In this document: positions 28,132 through 38,909 of the stretch, one piece after another
Layout: every line of letters begins with the position of its first letter
How positions within the stretch are numbered: the first letter of the stretch is position 1
From: an uncultured Actinomycetota bacterium
GTDB taxonomy: Bacteria > Actinomycetota > Actinomycetes > JAHEKZ01
Assembly (NCBI GenBank): GCA_963829525.1
Contig: CAWHIJ010000003.1
Coordinates: 64,001 to 128,000, forward strand
Direction: 5' to 3'
DNA length: 64,000 nucleotides
The notes under the pieces: model-generated
What the model was told of the DNA's origin: nothing
The model's input: only the letters and a program-made list of their open reading frames with translations
Databases searched by the model: none
Program-made: the position numbers and the translations under genes

Positions 28132-29651
28132 AACGACTTCGCACGGCATCGCCCGCAACACCTGAGTCGCATGCCGGCGTCGTCTTTCCGCTCACCCAAG
28201 GCGAGCGGGCTACGCAGCCAGTGGGCCGGCACATCATCTCGACGTCGACCGGCCGCGTTGACACAGCCGCCAGCGAGTCCGCACGCGACGAGTCCCGTTG
28301 GTACCGGAACTACCCAGCGCACTTCCGCGAGCTGACCCGGCTCTCTGCTGGTGCCAACGCTGGGCTGATCGCTTCGGACGGCCTCGCCGCACTCCACCGC
28401 ACAATGCGCTTCCGCAGACAAGGCGCTGAAGGGTCCATCCTCGGGGCCATGGCTGTGCCGCGTGCTCGCTACTTCAAGGGCGTCACCATCGGTGGAAGCG
28501 GCCCGACGAGTGACGCCGGACTCGTGCTCTATGACGGAGAGCGACCAGTGCGCGGGTCCGACCTGTCGCTGTTGCTCGACAGGTGGACCGACGAGGGCAC
28601 CGCGGAGCCGTCCGCAGCGGACGCCCTGCGGCTCGTCAACGAACACCACGACTGGCTCGATCTCCGCGGACGCACGCTCGTGGTCATGGGCGCAGGTGCC
28701 GAGATGGGTCCGTACGAGGCGCTCCTGGGGTGGGGCGCTCACATCGTCGCTGTGGACCTCCCCAACTCCGGAACCTGGCAGCGCCTGATCGACATCGCCA
28801 GACGCTCCCCCGGACAGCTGACACTTCCAGTGCGTCACTCACTCGATGTCGACGCAGACGACAGCCAGCTCGCGGCGGCCGCAGGGGCCGACGTCGTCAC
28901 CGAAGCTCCTGAGGTCACCGAGTGGTTGATGCAGATAGACCGACCTTTCGTCGTCGGCGACTACGTCTACGCGCCCGGCGCCATGCACGTCCGCACGTCC
29001 GTTGCCGTCGACGCGATCGTGGCAACACTGCTCGACCGACGCCGCGACGTTGGGCTCGCATACCTCGCAACTCCGACGGACGCCTACGCAGTTCCCAGCG
29101 AAGCCGTTACGGATGCACTCCAAGGCTTCAAGGGGTCGAGCCCGATTGTCGCGATGGCCCGGGGCCTCGCCGGCAGTCGAGTTTTCCGGGCCAACTACGA
29201 GGCCATGCTGACCATGCCGACCGGGCGCCGATTCGGGGTCTTCGATGGTCTGATCACCCAGCAGGGATCCAACTACGCTCTGGCCAAACGCATCCAGCAG
29301 TGGCGCGCCATCAAGGCCAGGGAAAACGCTGTGTGGGTCTCGATCAATGTCGCACCGGCGACTCGGACTCGGTCAGTGACAAGCAGCTCGATGCTGCAGG
29401 CCGCATACGGTGGGTCACACCGATTCGGGCTGCGCGTGTTTGAGCCCCAGGCGAGTCGTCAGGTGATGGCCGCGCTCTTGGTACATGACCTCTGCAACCA
29501 GACTTCGGTTGCCAACCCCGAAGTTCAGTTGGGGGACGCGATGGATCTGTTCGCCTCCGAGGCGCTGCACGGGGGCATGTGGCGAGCACCGTTCGAGCCA
29601 CGCTCGGTGCTCGGCTTCGCTGCCGCCACCGGGCGCATCAGCCGCACCTAG
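28128..29651 (+). CDS. hypothetical protein with Rossmann-like motif
   Basis: 507-aa ORF coupled to sua5 by GTGA overlap; LVVMGAGAEMGP and NYALAK motifs. Confidence 0.75.
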   Translation: MKRLRTASPATPESHAGVVFPLTQGERATQPVGRHIISTSTGRVDTAASESARDESRWYRNYPAHFRELTRLSAGANAGLIASDGLAALHRTMRFRRQGAEGSILGAMAVPRARYFKGVTIGGSGPTSDAGLVLYDGERPVRGSDLSLLLDRWTDEGTAEPSAADALRLVNEHHDWLDLRGRTLVVMGAGAEMGPYEALLGWGAHIVAVDLPNSGTWQRLIDIARRSPGQLTLPVRHSLDVDADDSQLAAAAGADVVTEAPEVTEWLMQIDRPFVVGDYVYAPGAMHVRTSVAVDAIVATLLDRRRDVGLAYLATPTDAYAVPSEAVTDALQGFKGSSPIVAMARGLAGSRVFRANYEAMLTMPTGRRFGVFDGLITQQGSNYALAKRIQQWRAIKARENAVWVSINVAPATRTRSVTSSSMLQAAYGGSHRFGLRVFEPQASRQVMAALLVHDLCNQTSVANPEVQLGDAMDLFASEALHGGMWRAPFEPRSVLGFAAATGRISRT

Positions 29652-29682
29652 CCCGCCGCCGAGGCGTCCGTTGCTTCGACGC

Positions 29683-30132
29683 TCAAACCCATGGTCGCGG
29701 CACGAAGCGCGGAGTCTGCGCCGCGTATTCGGCGTAGTCAGCGAACCGTGCCACTAGGAGCCCCTCCTCGTACCGGGACTTGACAGCCAGCAGCACGGTG
29801 AGCGTCAGGGCCGCGACAGCTGTCGCCCACGTCGGGTGGGCCAGAGTCCAGCCCCAGGCCATGGCGAGGACGCCGCTGTAGATCGGGTGCCGCACCCACT
29901 GGTAGAGCCCAGAGGTGACCAACCCAGCGTCCGCTCGTGGCTCGGGCAACGGCGTCAGCGCAGGGCCGAGCTGTGGGAAGGCAGCCAGTGTGACAACGAC
30001 GCCAGCCGCGGCGAGGGCCCAGCCGACCCAAGAGACCCACGGAGGCGCGGACCAGCCGTCGCCCAAGCGGGGCGCCAGCACCACGAGGACGATCAAGACC
30101 CCCTGGGCAGCGACAAAGAGGCGTCCTTTCAC
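29683..30132 (-). CDS. isoprenylcysteine carboxyl methyltransferase / PEMT family protein
   Basis: LVTSGLYQWVRHPIY, EE..L...F..Y..Y....PRFVP. Confidence 0.88.
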   Translation of the reverse strand: MKGRLFVAAQGVLIVLVVLAPRLGDGWSAPPWVSWVGWALAAAGVVVTLAAFPQLGPALTPLPEPRADAGLVTSGLYQWVRHPIYSGVLAMAWGWTLAHPTWATAVAALTLTVLLAVKSRYEEGLLVARFADYAEYAAQTPRFVPRPWV

Positions 30133-30261
30133 ACCACCATCTTCCCAATCCCGCCGAGTGTCCCCCAAGTGCCACCCAATCGCGCCGAGCGTCCCTCTGG
30201 GCGCCACATCTGGGCGCCGAGTGTGGTCAGGTCGCCGTCGCCGCGAGCCGATACCTGGTCG

Positions 30262-31043
30262 ATGGGTTCCTTTTCACGACGTTCTGTCGTCGCTACCGCC
30301 GTCGGGTCAGCACTGATCGCCGTCCTGGCCATGGCCGGTGCGCCCGGAACCGGTTCGGCCGCTGAGCGACTGCCGCTACCCGAGCGACTGACCCACATCG
30401 GGGAGAGCCGACAGGTGGTTGTCGTCACGACCCGAGGCTGGAACACCAGCTACGCGAAGCTGCAGACCTGGCAACAGTCCCGCGACGGGACGTGGAAGCA
30501 GGTCGTTGCCCCAGTCTCTGCCAGGGTCGGGTGGAACGGCGTAAGACGCGCAGAGAATCGTCAGCAGAGCACCGGAACCACGCCAGCTGGAACGTTCGAG
30601 CTGTTGCGGGGGTTCGGTCTGGATCGGCCCTCTGGCGTCGAACTTCCCTTCCGGCTTGTGGACAAGAACGACTGGTGGCCTTACGACCCGACCGACCCCG
30701 AGACGTACAACGTGCTGCAGCCGCGTCGCGTGCAGCACGCGACGTGGCGGACGGACGTGGGCCGAGCGGCTGAGGTCGTACAGCTCGCAGTACCGGTACG
30801 CCGTGGTTCTTGACTACAACCTGCCGAGCGGGGTCACCGTGGCGTCGCGGTGAGCGCGTCGCCACCAACTCAGCTGACACGGCAGCCGGCGGTGGCATCT
30901 TCTTGCACGTCAACGGCTCGGGCGCGACAGCCGGATGTATCTCCATCGCACGCGACGAGATGCGCCGTGTGCTGAAGTGGCTCGACCCCAACCTCAGCCC
31001 GGTCATCGTCATCGGGCCGCGGGAGCTCATCGACGAGATGTAG
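30262..31043 (+). CDS. L,D-transpeptidase (YkuD-like) family protein with two frameshifts
   Basis: Signal peptide, ARVGWNG, TTPAGTF; frame changes near 30756 and 30848; GGGIFLHV...TAGC catalytic motif in the last segment. Confidence 0.8.
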
Positions 31044-31539
31044 ACCGGCGCGCTACCGCCGCAAGTGCTCGATGCAGACGCAGGCGGTTGTACCGCTGCA
31101 CGGCAATGCAGGGCAGATTGCTCCCGGCCGCGACAGCAACATTGGCCGGGACAGCCCACCAGGGGTTCCAGAGAATCGTCAGCGCAACTCCGCACACCAT
31201 CCCCCAATGCGCATGCTCTGCGCGCCGGGTCTCGACGATGAACTGCTCCATCACCTGGCGATCACCGGCTGCGACGGTCCGCTTCTCGAACCCCCCGAAC
31301 ACCGAACCGGCCTCCGGTAGCCGCGTCTTCCATCGATCGATGCGCAGCGTATCTCGGTACCACCCGCCTCCGCCCTCGAAGCTGCGCTGGCGGGTGATTC
31401 GGTCGTCCTCGGCGAAGTGCGCATCGGGTGTCCGTTGCGCGGCATAGCCCACGAGTGCCGTCCACGCCGGCCAGAACACCGCGTTACCGGCAATGACCAG
31501 GGACGCGGGAAGCCTGCCGACCGGAGTAGAGACGCGCAT
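31027..31539 (-). CDS. CrtO-like glycosyl-4,4'-diaponeurosporenoate acyltransferase family protein
   Basis: LRIDRWK..LPEAG, ETRRAE..H, NLPCIAVQRYNRLRL. Confidence 0.8.
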   Translation of the reverse strand: MRVSTPVGRLPASLVIAGNAVFWPAWTALVGYAAQRTPDAHFAEDDRITRQRSFEGGGGWYRDTLRIDRWKTRLPEAGSVFGGFEKRTVAAGDRQVMEQFIVETRRAEHAHWGMVCGVALTILWNPWWAVPANVAVAAGSNLPCIAVQRYNRLRLHRALAAVARRSTSRR

Positions 31540-31608
31540 GCCATCCATTCTGCTGGCTGACCGGTCCGCCCCGCGGCGGCCTCCCCACCAACCGGGTAGC
31601 GTCGCTGC

Positions 31609-32505
31609 ATGAGCGTCGTCGCAATCGTCAACCCCACCAAGGTCAGCGACCCCGACGAGCTTCGGTCGCAGCTCACCACCGCCGCTGAGCAGTACCATCT
31701 CGGTTCCCTGAAGTGGATCGAGACCAGCCCAGATGACCTGGGAACCAGGTCAGCCGCTGCGGCTGTTGCCGACGGCGCCTCTCTCGTCATCGCCTGCGGC
31801 GGTGACGGCACGGTTCGTGCCGTGGTGGCCGGCATGGTGCACAGCGATGTTCCCCTGGGGATTCTTGCGCGAGGTACGGGCAACCTGCTCGCCCGTAATC
31901 TCAACATCCCACTCGAGACGACCGAGTCGCTGGGAACAATCTTCGGTGGTGACGACCGGCGCATCGATGTACTCGACATCTCGCTCGGCAAGGGTCAGCG
32001 TGCGGTCTCAGCGGTGATGTGTGGCATGGGGTGGGACGCGGCAATGATGGACGTGAGTGAAACGGTGAAAGCACGACTGGGCTGGGGAGCCTACGCCGTG
32101 CAAGCTGCTCGCACCGTGCGCGACCACCCGATCCGGCTACGCGTCCAGGTCGACGACGGCCCCGAGAACACTTTCTATGCCCGCACTTGTCTGATCGCAA
32201 ACGTCGGCACGCTAGTTGGCGGACTCGAGCTGCTACCGGAGTCGTCCCCTGATGACGGCGTCCTAGAGGTCTTGGTCTTCGAGCCGACGACGAGTGTCGA
32301 CTACGCGCGCTCGTCCTGGGGCGTCTTTCGTGGGCACAGCAACGAGGGTGACCCGTCACGCACCCTGCTTCGCGGGAGCAAGGTGGTGGTCACCACCCAT
32401 CGAGCGCGTCCGCGTCAGATCGACGGCGACGTCATCGACGAGGGTCATGGCTTCATCGCGCGCGTGCTGCCCGCGGCGCTCACGGTCCGCGTGCCGCACG
32501 CCTGA
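31609..32505 (+). CDS. diacylglycerol/lipid kinase family protein
   Basis: IVNP, GGDGT, GTGNLLARNL, QIDGD. Confidence 0.92.
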   Translation: MSVVAIVNPTKVSDPDELRSQLTTAAEQYHLGSLKWIETSPDDLGTRSAAAAVADGASLVIACGGDGTVRAVVAGMVHSDVPLGILARGTGNLLARNLNIPLETTESLGTIFGGDDRRIDVLDISLGKGQRAVSAVMCGMGWDAAMMDVSETVKARLGWGAYAVQAARTVRDHPIRLRVQVDDGPENTFYARTCLIANVGTLVGGLELLPESSPDDGVLEVLVFEPTTSVDYARSSWGVFRGHSNEGDPSRTLLRGSKVVVTTHRARPRQIDGDVIDEGHGFIARVLPAALTVRVPHA

Positions 32506-32521
32506 CGGCAGGCGGCGCGCA

Positions 32522-33700
32522 TCATCCGACCGGCCCAGCTCCTTCGATGTGCGGAAGCGGAGACACGTGCTCGGCTAGCGTCGCCTCATCGGGGATCTCG
32601 TCGGCAACGTCCGACGCCCGAACTGCGTGCGTCATCGCGTACGCGATTGTTCCACCCATGACGAAGAGCAGTGCACCGACGCCAAGCCAAGCGGCCGGGG
32701 TCGGCAGCTGCGTCAACCGGTACACGAGAAAAGCCATCGTCCCTGCCACCGGAATGGTGACGGCCCAGGCCAGGAGCATCTCGCCAACGACGCGCAGGTT
32801 GATGCCCCTTCCCGATGAGATACCCGCCCCCATTACTGAGGATCCGGCGGCCTGAGTGGTCGAGATGGGGATCCCCAAGGAAGTTGCGCCAAATATTGAC
32901 ACCGTCGCGCCGATGTTGGCGGCCACACCCGAACTCGCGTGCAAGCTGGTGATCCGCAGACCCATCGTCTCGATGATCTTCCATCCACCCCACATCGTCC
33001 CCAGCGCGATTGCGGAATAGGCGCCCAGCGCAACCCACTCGGGAACCGGGATCGTTCCATCGACATCGACCGTGCTGTACCCGGCGCCTGCCAGGAGCGA
33101 TGCGATCACGCCCATCGTCTTCTGCGCATCGTTGGCACCGTGCCCGAACGAGACCGCCGCAGCCGAGAGGAGTTGGAGGTATTTGAATGGACGGGCGTTG
33201 TCTGCCCAGCCGGTCAACCGCTGGATACCCACCACGAGGTACATCGCGGCAAATGCGATCGTGAAGGCCACCACCGGGGACGCGAAGATCGCAACTGCGG
33301 TCTCCTCCACCTTCCCCCAGTCGATTGCGTCGACCCATCCGGCGGCCAGACCAGCCCCAACCAAGCCACCAATAAGGGCGTGGCTCGACGACGACGGCAT
33401 GCCGACCCACCAGGTGAGGTAGTTCCAAGCGATCGCACCGATCAACGCAGCGAAGACTACGGCCACCCCGGCGTACTGCGCGTCGACGACTTTGCTGACG
33501 GTGTTGGCGACGGCGGTGCCGACAAAGAAGTACGCGAGGAAGTTGAAGAACGCAGAGAAACCCACGGCAGCTCGCGGTCCCATCGCTCGCGTAGCAACCA
33601 CGGTTGCTACCGAGTTCGCTGCGTCGTGGAACCCGTTACTGAAGTCGAACAGCAGGGCCAGGGCGATGATCGCGATGACCGCAAAGAGCAGTGGGTCCAC
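32522..33700 (-). CDS. pit: PiT inorganic phosphate transporter
   Basis: NGFHDAANS, PSSSSHALIG, HGANDAQK. Confidence 0.95.
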   Translation of the reverse strand: MDPLLFAVIAIIALALLFDFSNGFHDAANSVATVVATRAMGPRAAVGFSAFFNFLAYFFVGTAVANTVSKVVDAQYAGVAVVFAALIGAIAWNYLTWWVGMPSSSSHALIGGLVGAGLAAGWVDAIDWGKVEETAVAIFASPVVAFTIAFAAMYLVVGIQRLTGWADNARPFKYLQLLSAAAVSFGHGANDAQKTMGVIASLLAGAGYSTVDVDGTIPVPEWVALGAYSAIALGTMWGGWKIIETMGLRITSLHASSGVAANIGATVSIFGATSLGIPISTTQAAGSSVMGAGISSGRGINLRVVGEMLLAWAVTIPVAGTMAFLVYRLTQLPTPAAWLGVGALLFVMGGTIAYAMTHAVRASDVADEIPDEATLAEHVSPLPHIEGAGPVG

Positions 33701-33785
33701 ACCGGCTCCTCGGAGGATGGGGCCTACGGCCCGTGAACACGGTCAGAATGGTCGCCGACAAGGGCGGCCCCCTGGCAACCAGAAG

Positions 33786-33832
33786 ATGAACGGAAGGTGA
33801 ACACCGGTCCGACCTCAGCCTGACGGGTGAAC
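33786..33832 (-). promoter_or_regulatory. PHO box upstream of pit
   Basis: Minus-strand GTTCAC-N5-GTTCAT at 33802-33786, plus single GTTCAC units at 33832-33827 and 33738-33733. Confidence 0.7.
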
Positions 33833-33895
33833 AGATTGCCAGAAAACGGCCATTAGTCCCTTGGTTCAGACCATGGGTGCCGTCAGGGTTGCCCT

Positions 33896-34894
33896 GTGCA
33901 CGCATGGGTGGTCGACCGACCGGGGCCAATGGCCTCAAGGCCGCTGCGCTGGATCGAGCGGCCCGACCCCACTCCCGCGACCGGTGAGGTCGTTGTCGAC
34001 GTCCGAGCATGCGGCGTCTGCCGGACCGACCTGCACCTGGCCGAGGGGGATCTGCCACCGCGGCGACCGCAGACCGTTCCCGGTCACGAAGTGGTCGGCG
34101 TCGTCGCCGCCCTGGGGGCAGACTGCACCAGGTTTGCCGTCGGCGACCGTGTGGGGATCGCCTGGCTGCGGTACACCTGCGGCACGTGTCGCTGGTGCCG
34201 CAGTGGCCTCGAGAACCTGTGCCAGAGCGCGCAGTTCACCGGGTGGGATGCCGATGGCGGCTACGCCGAGCGTGCCGTCGTGCCCGAAGAGTATGCCTAC
34301 CGCATCCCGGAAGCGTGGTCGGACGCCTACGCCGCTCCGCTCCTCTGCGCCGGCATCATCGGTTACCGCGCGCTCCGGTTGTCATCACTGCCAACCGGCG
34401 GGCGGCTGGGCATCTACGGCTTCGGGGCCTCCGCACACCTGACGGCTCAGGTCGCCATGAACCAGGGGGCAACGGTGCACGTCATGACGCGATCCCGGGA
34501 CGCCCGTGCACTTGCACTGCAGTTGGGATGCGCGAGTGCCGGTGACACCTTCGACGCCCCGCCGCAGCCGCTCGACTCCGCCATCATCTTTGCACCGGCC
34601 GGTGAGATCGTGCCAGCTGCGCTCGAGGCCCTTGACGACGCTGGCACCCTGGCGATCGCCGGCATCCACCTCAGCGACGTCCCGGTGCTGAGCTACCAGC
34701 GTCACCTCTTCCGCGAACGCTCCGTCCGATCTGTGACGGCCAACACCCGCGCCGACGGCGAGGACTTCCTGCGCGTCGCGGCGTCCATGCAGTTGCACGT
34801 ACATCACCAGGAGTATTCCCTGGACGAGGCCGGTCAAGCCCTCGCCGACCTCGCCGCCGACCGTGTCGAGGGCGCGGCCGTCCTCATCCGCTGA
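33896..34894 (+). CDS. zinc-dependent alcohol dehydrogenase (AdhA-like)
   Basis: CGVCRTD, GHE, CGTCRWC..G.ENLC, YGFGASA. Confidence 0.93.
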   Translation: MHAWVVDRPGPMASRPLRWIERPDPTPATGEVVVDVRACGVCRTDLHLAEGDLPPRRPQTVPGHEVVGVVAALGADCTRFAVGDRVGIAWLRYTCGTCRWCRSGLENLCQSAQFTGWDADGGYAERAVVPEEYAYRIPEAWSDAYAAPLLCAGIIGYRALRLSSLPTGGRLGIYGFGASAHLTAQVAMNQGATVHVMTRSRDARALALQLGCASAGDTFDAPPQPLDSAIIFAPAGEIVPAALEALDDAGTLAIAGIHLSDVPVLSYQRHLFRERSVRSVTANTRADGEDFLRVAASMQLHVHHQEYSLDEAGQALADLAADRVEGAAVLIR

Positions 34895-34986
34895 CCCCCG
34901 TTGACCGTCGGCGGTGCCGCCTAGTGCACATCAGGTTGCCGCCCAGGCGCACCAAGTGCACGCTCTGAGCGCGCAATACTGGCCAG

Positions 34987-36435
34987 GTGACCGACCCGAC
35001 GCCTCCCCGCTGGCGCACCGCCCTGTGGCGTGGTGAAACGGCCCCGATCCCGATCGTCCGCGCCCCCACCCGCGCGGTCTACCCGAGACGGGGGCCAGGT
35101 GACGACGCCGAGCTGGCTGCCGTCGACCAGGGTGCATCCCTTGCGCTCCGCTTCGGCACCCTCCTGCTCGCCGGAGGTGCGCCCACCGAGGAGGTCGAGG
35201 CCGCGATCTTCGCCGTCGGCACCGCGGTAGGCCTTGGCGACTTCGAGGTCGACATCACCTATGGCTCCATCATCATCAGCATCGCGCCTCGCGGAGATCG
35301 CCCAGGCTTCACCGACATGCGGGTGGTGCGGGGGCGTTCAACCCACTTCGCACGCGTCGCAGCTGCCCATCAACTGCTGCTCGAGCTGTCCGAGGGACGA
35401 GTGCCGCCAGAGGAAGTGGATACCCGGCTCTCCGAGATCGAGCACCTGAGGAGGCCCTATCCACGCTGGTTCGTCATCGCCGCCTTCGGTGCTCTGTCGG
35501 CTGCGATCACCGTGCAGCTCGGCGCCCTGTCGACTTACGGCCCAGATCGGTTCAACGCCAAGGACTTGCTGACGCCCACCGTCGCCTTCATCGCTGCGGT
35601 TGCGACCGGCTACGTCGGCAACATCATGGCCCGCCGACGGGTGCCCACGTTCTTCGTCAACCTCACACTTGCGTTCGGGTCAGCCATGATCGCTGTGGGC
35701 GTCACCCAACTTGAGTCCACCTCGGATGGCTATCCGGTGGAGACTTCTCTGGTGATTGTCGGCGGCATCATCGCCCTGTTGCCGGGGATGAGCCTGATGG
35801 TCGCTGCACAGGAGGCGATCGGATCGTTCGCCGTCACCGCGGCAGCGCGCATCGTCGAGCTGACCTTCTCGACCATCGGAATCGTGTCCGGGGTGCTGCT
35901 CGGCCTGATCATCGCGGCCGAGCTGGGCGTCCCTATGGCTGACGCGCTAAAACTCAACACGAGCGCGACCACCGTCACGACAGCGGTCGTGGCCGCATCC
36001 GTCGCAGCAGCTGCGGCAGCGATCACCTATCAGTCTCCAGCGCTACTCGCCATCGTGGGCGGCGCGCTCGCCGGTCTCGGCATCTTGGTCTACGGCACGG
36101 TGAGCGCCGTCAGCGCCAGCCCCGGCGCAACCACGGCGGCCGCAGCAATCGTCATTGGCTTTGCCAGCCGGTTGCTGGGGGCGCGATTACGCGTACCCCC
36201 AGTTCTGCTCACGGCCGCAGGCATCATTCCCCTGCTTCCCGGTCTCGCCGTCTACCAGGGTCTTCTCGCCCTCAGCCGTGACGAACCCGACAAGGGAATC
36301 GCTGCGCTGGTAGAGGCCGCAACGATCGCGATCGCGCTCGCGGCGGGCGTCCTCTTGGGACAGCTCATAGCTGGGCGCATCGTGCACCGTCCAACCCTCA
36401 TCCCCCCGCGCGACGTGCGGCGCAGCCAGGGCTGA
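34987..36435 (+). CDS. ThrE family threonine/serine exporter
   Basis: Multi-TM protein with GIIALLPG and GIIPLLPG repeats. Confidence 0.88.
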   Translation: MTDPTPPRWRTALWRGETAPIPIVRAPTRAVYPRRGPGDDAELAAVDQGASLALRFGTLLLAGGAPTEEVEAAIFAVGTAVGLGDFEVDITYGSIIISIAPRGDRPGFTDMRVVRGRSTHFARVAAAHQLLLELSEGRVPPEEVDTRLSEIEHLRRPYPRWFVIAAFGALSAAITVQLGALSTYGPDRFNAKDLLTPTVAFIAAVATGYVGNIMARRRVPTFFVNLTLAFGSAMIAVGVTQLESTSDGYPVETSLVIVGGIIALLPGMSLMVAAQEAIGSFAVTAAARIVELTFSTIGIVSGVLLGLIIAAELGVPMADALKLNTSATTVTTAVVAASVAAAAAAITYQSPALLAIVGGALAGLGILVYGTVSAVSASPGATTAAAAIVIGFASRLLGARLRVPPVLLTAAGIIPLLPGLAVYQGLLALSRDEPDKGIAALVEAATIAIALAAGVLLGQLIAGRIVHRPTLIPPRDVRRSQG

Positions 36436-36599
36436 GTCCACCGGATTCACCCAGATGGCCCAGCGTACGGAAGTAACGAACCTGCTGCGTCCTCTCAGCC
36501 GGGCGATCTAGCGCCCCACCTGCGCATTTGCACTCAAGAAACGGGCGAAGTCACCCGATTCATCTGCGGGGGCAACGTTCCAACTCTTGAGGGGGCCAG

Positions 36600-38909
36600 G
36601 TGAATCAGCGTGCGACCGCGAGCCTGCTCGCTCGCCTGACCGGACCTCGTGTGCTGTACGTCGTGATCGCCCTGGTCTTCGGCGTGTTCGTGGCGTCGAC
36701 GATCCCGGGAGTCCGCTCAACGGTTGGCTATAACCTCCTGCTCGACGGCTTGCTGAACAACATCGCCTACGAACTGTGCGCCGTCCTCTGCTTCGTGAGG
36801 GCGCGCCGTGACCCGACGTTTTCGTTGAGCTGGCGCTTCCTCGGAATCGGCCTGGCCCTCTATGGCGCTGGCAACATCTACTGGACGGCATTCGTCCGTG
36901 GGCTCGACCCCGAGCCATGGCCAACCTTCGCTGACGCGCTCTGGCTCTCCTTCTATCCGTTCGCCTTCATCGCTCTTCTGCTGGTCGTCCGTGAGATCGC
37001 CGATGAGCTTCCGCTCAGCGTGTGGTTCGACGGCATCGTGGGCGGCCTTGCGGTAGCGGCCGTCGCCGCTGCCTTCTGGGGTCCGCTTCTCGACTACATC
37101 GAGGGTGGCAGCACTGCGTCGATCGTGACGACGATGGCCTACCCATTGCTCGATATCCTTCTGCTACTGGTCACGACGGCTGTTCTTGCCCTGTTCCACT
37201 GGAAGCCGCCAACGGGTTTGTGGTTCATGGCTATCGGTCTGATTCTGTTCAGCGTCGCCGACGCCATCTACCTCTTCGCCGCAAACGCCGGAACCTACGA
37301 GTCAGGCGGCGTCAACGACGGCGTCTGGGTGCTCGCGACGCTTGCCATCGGGTTCGCTCCTGGTTGGCCGGACCGGCGAACCGGAGTGACGCTTCCCGCC
37401 TGGGCTCTGCTCGGCATCCCCGTCATCGCGACTCTCGCCGCACTCTTCCTTCTGGTCCTCGACCACGACCGGACACTGTCCCCTCTCGCGATCGCTCTAG
37501 CCGCCGGAACCGTGATCTTTGCCCTGGGACGTCTGATCGTCACCTTCCGCGAGGCCAACATCTTGGCGCACAGCCACGAGCTGGCCCTCACCGACGAGCT
37601 GACCGAGCTGCCCAACCGACGTGCGTTCTACGAGCAGGGCCAGGTGATGATCGACGCAGCCGCTCACGACGGCCGCCATGGGGCAATGCTGCTGCTCGAC
37701 CTCGACCGTTTCAAGGAGGTCAACGACAGCCTCGGACACCACGCCGGTGACACCCTCCTCAAGGATGTCGCCCTCCGGCTGACCGAAACCCTCCATGAGG
37801 AAGGCGACATTCTTGCCCGCCTCGGGGGTGACGAGTTCGTCGTGATGCTGTTGGACGTCGACGCGCCGGCAGCCATCGCCGTCTCGGATCGAATCCGGGC
37901 GGCCATCGCCGCACCGTTCGCCCTCGAAGGTGTCACTATCCGAGTTGACGCAAGTGTCGGTATCTCGCTCTTTCCCTGGCATGGCGCAGAGGTGACCACC
38001 CTGCTCCGGAATGCCGACATCGCCATGTACCAGGCAAAGGGAGTTCGCGCGGGATGCCGGGTGTACCTCGCCGACGAAGACTCCAACGGAGGTGCCGAGC
38101 GACTCCGCACCCTCGAAGAGCTGCGGGTTGCCATCCTCGAGCGCAAGCTGGCTGTGCACTACCAGCCCAAGGTCAATGCCCAAACCATGGCGGTCGCCGG
38201 AGTTGAGGCGCTCGTTCGCTGGGATCACCCGACGAGGGGGCTTCTCCCACCGATAGCTTTCCTCCCACTTGCCGAGGACAACGGTCTGATGCGCGAGCTC
38301 ACGGTGGCGGTGCTCGAGCAGTCTCTCGACCAGGTGCGTACATGGCGCGAAGCCGGTCGTGAGCTATCGGTCGCCGTCAACCTCTCCGCGTCATCGCTTG
38401 TCGACATCGAGCTGCCAGAGACGATCTGGAAGATGCTCTTCGACCGCGACCTTCCGGCGTCCACGCTCGAGCTGGAGATCACCGAGGACTTCCTGATGGG
38501 TGACCGCGAGCGGGCTCGCGACATCTTGACGCAGCTGCGGCGCCTCGGCGTCAGGGTGGCGGTCGACGACTTCGGTACCGGCTACTCGTCACTGGCGTAC
38601 CTCAAAGAGCTTCCGATCGACGAGCTCAAGCTCGACCGTTCGTTCGTGACACCGATGTCAACTGACACCCGAGCCGCAGCGATTGTCCAGTCAACGATCG
38701 ACTTGGCCCACTCGCTCGGCATGACGCTCGTTGCCGAAGGCGTTGAGGACGGTGACACGGCCGTACAGCTGGCGCACTCCGGTTGCGACGAGGCTCAAGG
38801 CTTCTTCTTCTCCAAGGCTCTCCCCGCCCTTGAGCTGGAGACCTGGATCGATGCCCACGACCGCGACCGGACGCAGGCGGCGCCAGCTGTGGCGGGCAGC
38901 CCCACGTGA
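36600..38909 (+). CDS. membrane-bound diguanylate cyclase/phosphodiesterase (GGDEF-EAL)
   Basis: About 9 TM helices; DLDRFKEVND, RLGGDEF, EALVRW, DDFGTGYSS. Confidence 0.95.
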   Translation: MNQRATASLLARLTGPRVLYVVIALVFGVFVASTIPGVRSTVGYNLLLDGLLNNIAYELCAVLCFVRARRDPTFSLSWRFLGIGLALYGAGNIYWTAFVRGLDPEPWPTFADALWLSFYPFAFIALLLVVREIADELPLSVWFDGIVGGLAVAAVAAAFWGPLLDYIEGGSTASIVTTMAYPLLDILLLLVTTAVLALFHWKPPTGLWFMAIGLILFSVADAIYLFAANAGTYESGGVNDGVWVLATLAIGFAPGWPDRRTGVTLPAWALLGIPVIATLAALFLLVLDHDRTLSPLAIALAAGTVIFALGRLIVTFREANILAHSHELALTDELTELPNRRAFYEQGQVMIDAAAHDGRHGAMLLLDLDRFKEVNDSLGHHAGDTLLKDVALRLTETLHEEGDILARLGGDEFVVMLLDVDAPAAIAVSDRIRAAIAAPFALEGVTIRVDASVGISLFPWHGAEVTTLLRNADIAMYQAKGVRAGCRVYLADEDSNGGAERLRTLEELRVAILERKLAVHYQPKVNAQTMAVAGVEALVRWDHPTRGLLPPIAFLPLAEDNGLMRELTVAVLEQSLDQVRTWREAGRELSVAVNLSASSLVDIELPETIWKMLFDRDLPASTLELEITEDFLMGDRERARDILTQLRRLGVRVAVDDFGTGYSSLAYLKELPIDELKLDRSFVTPMSTDTRAAAIVQSTIDLAHSLGMTLVAEGVEDGDTAVQLAHSGCDEAQGFFFSKALPALELETWIDAHDRDRTQAAPAVAGSPT

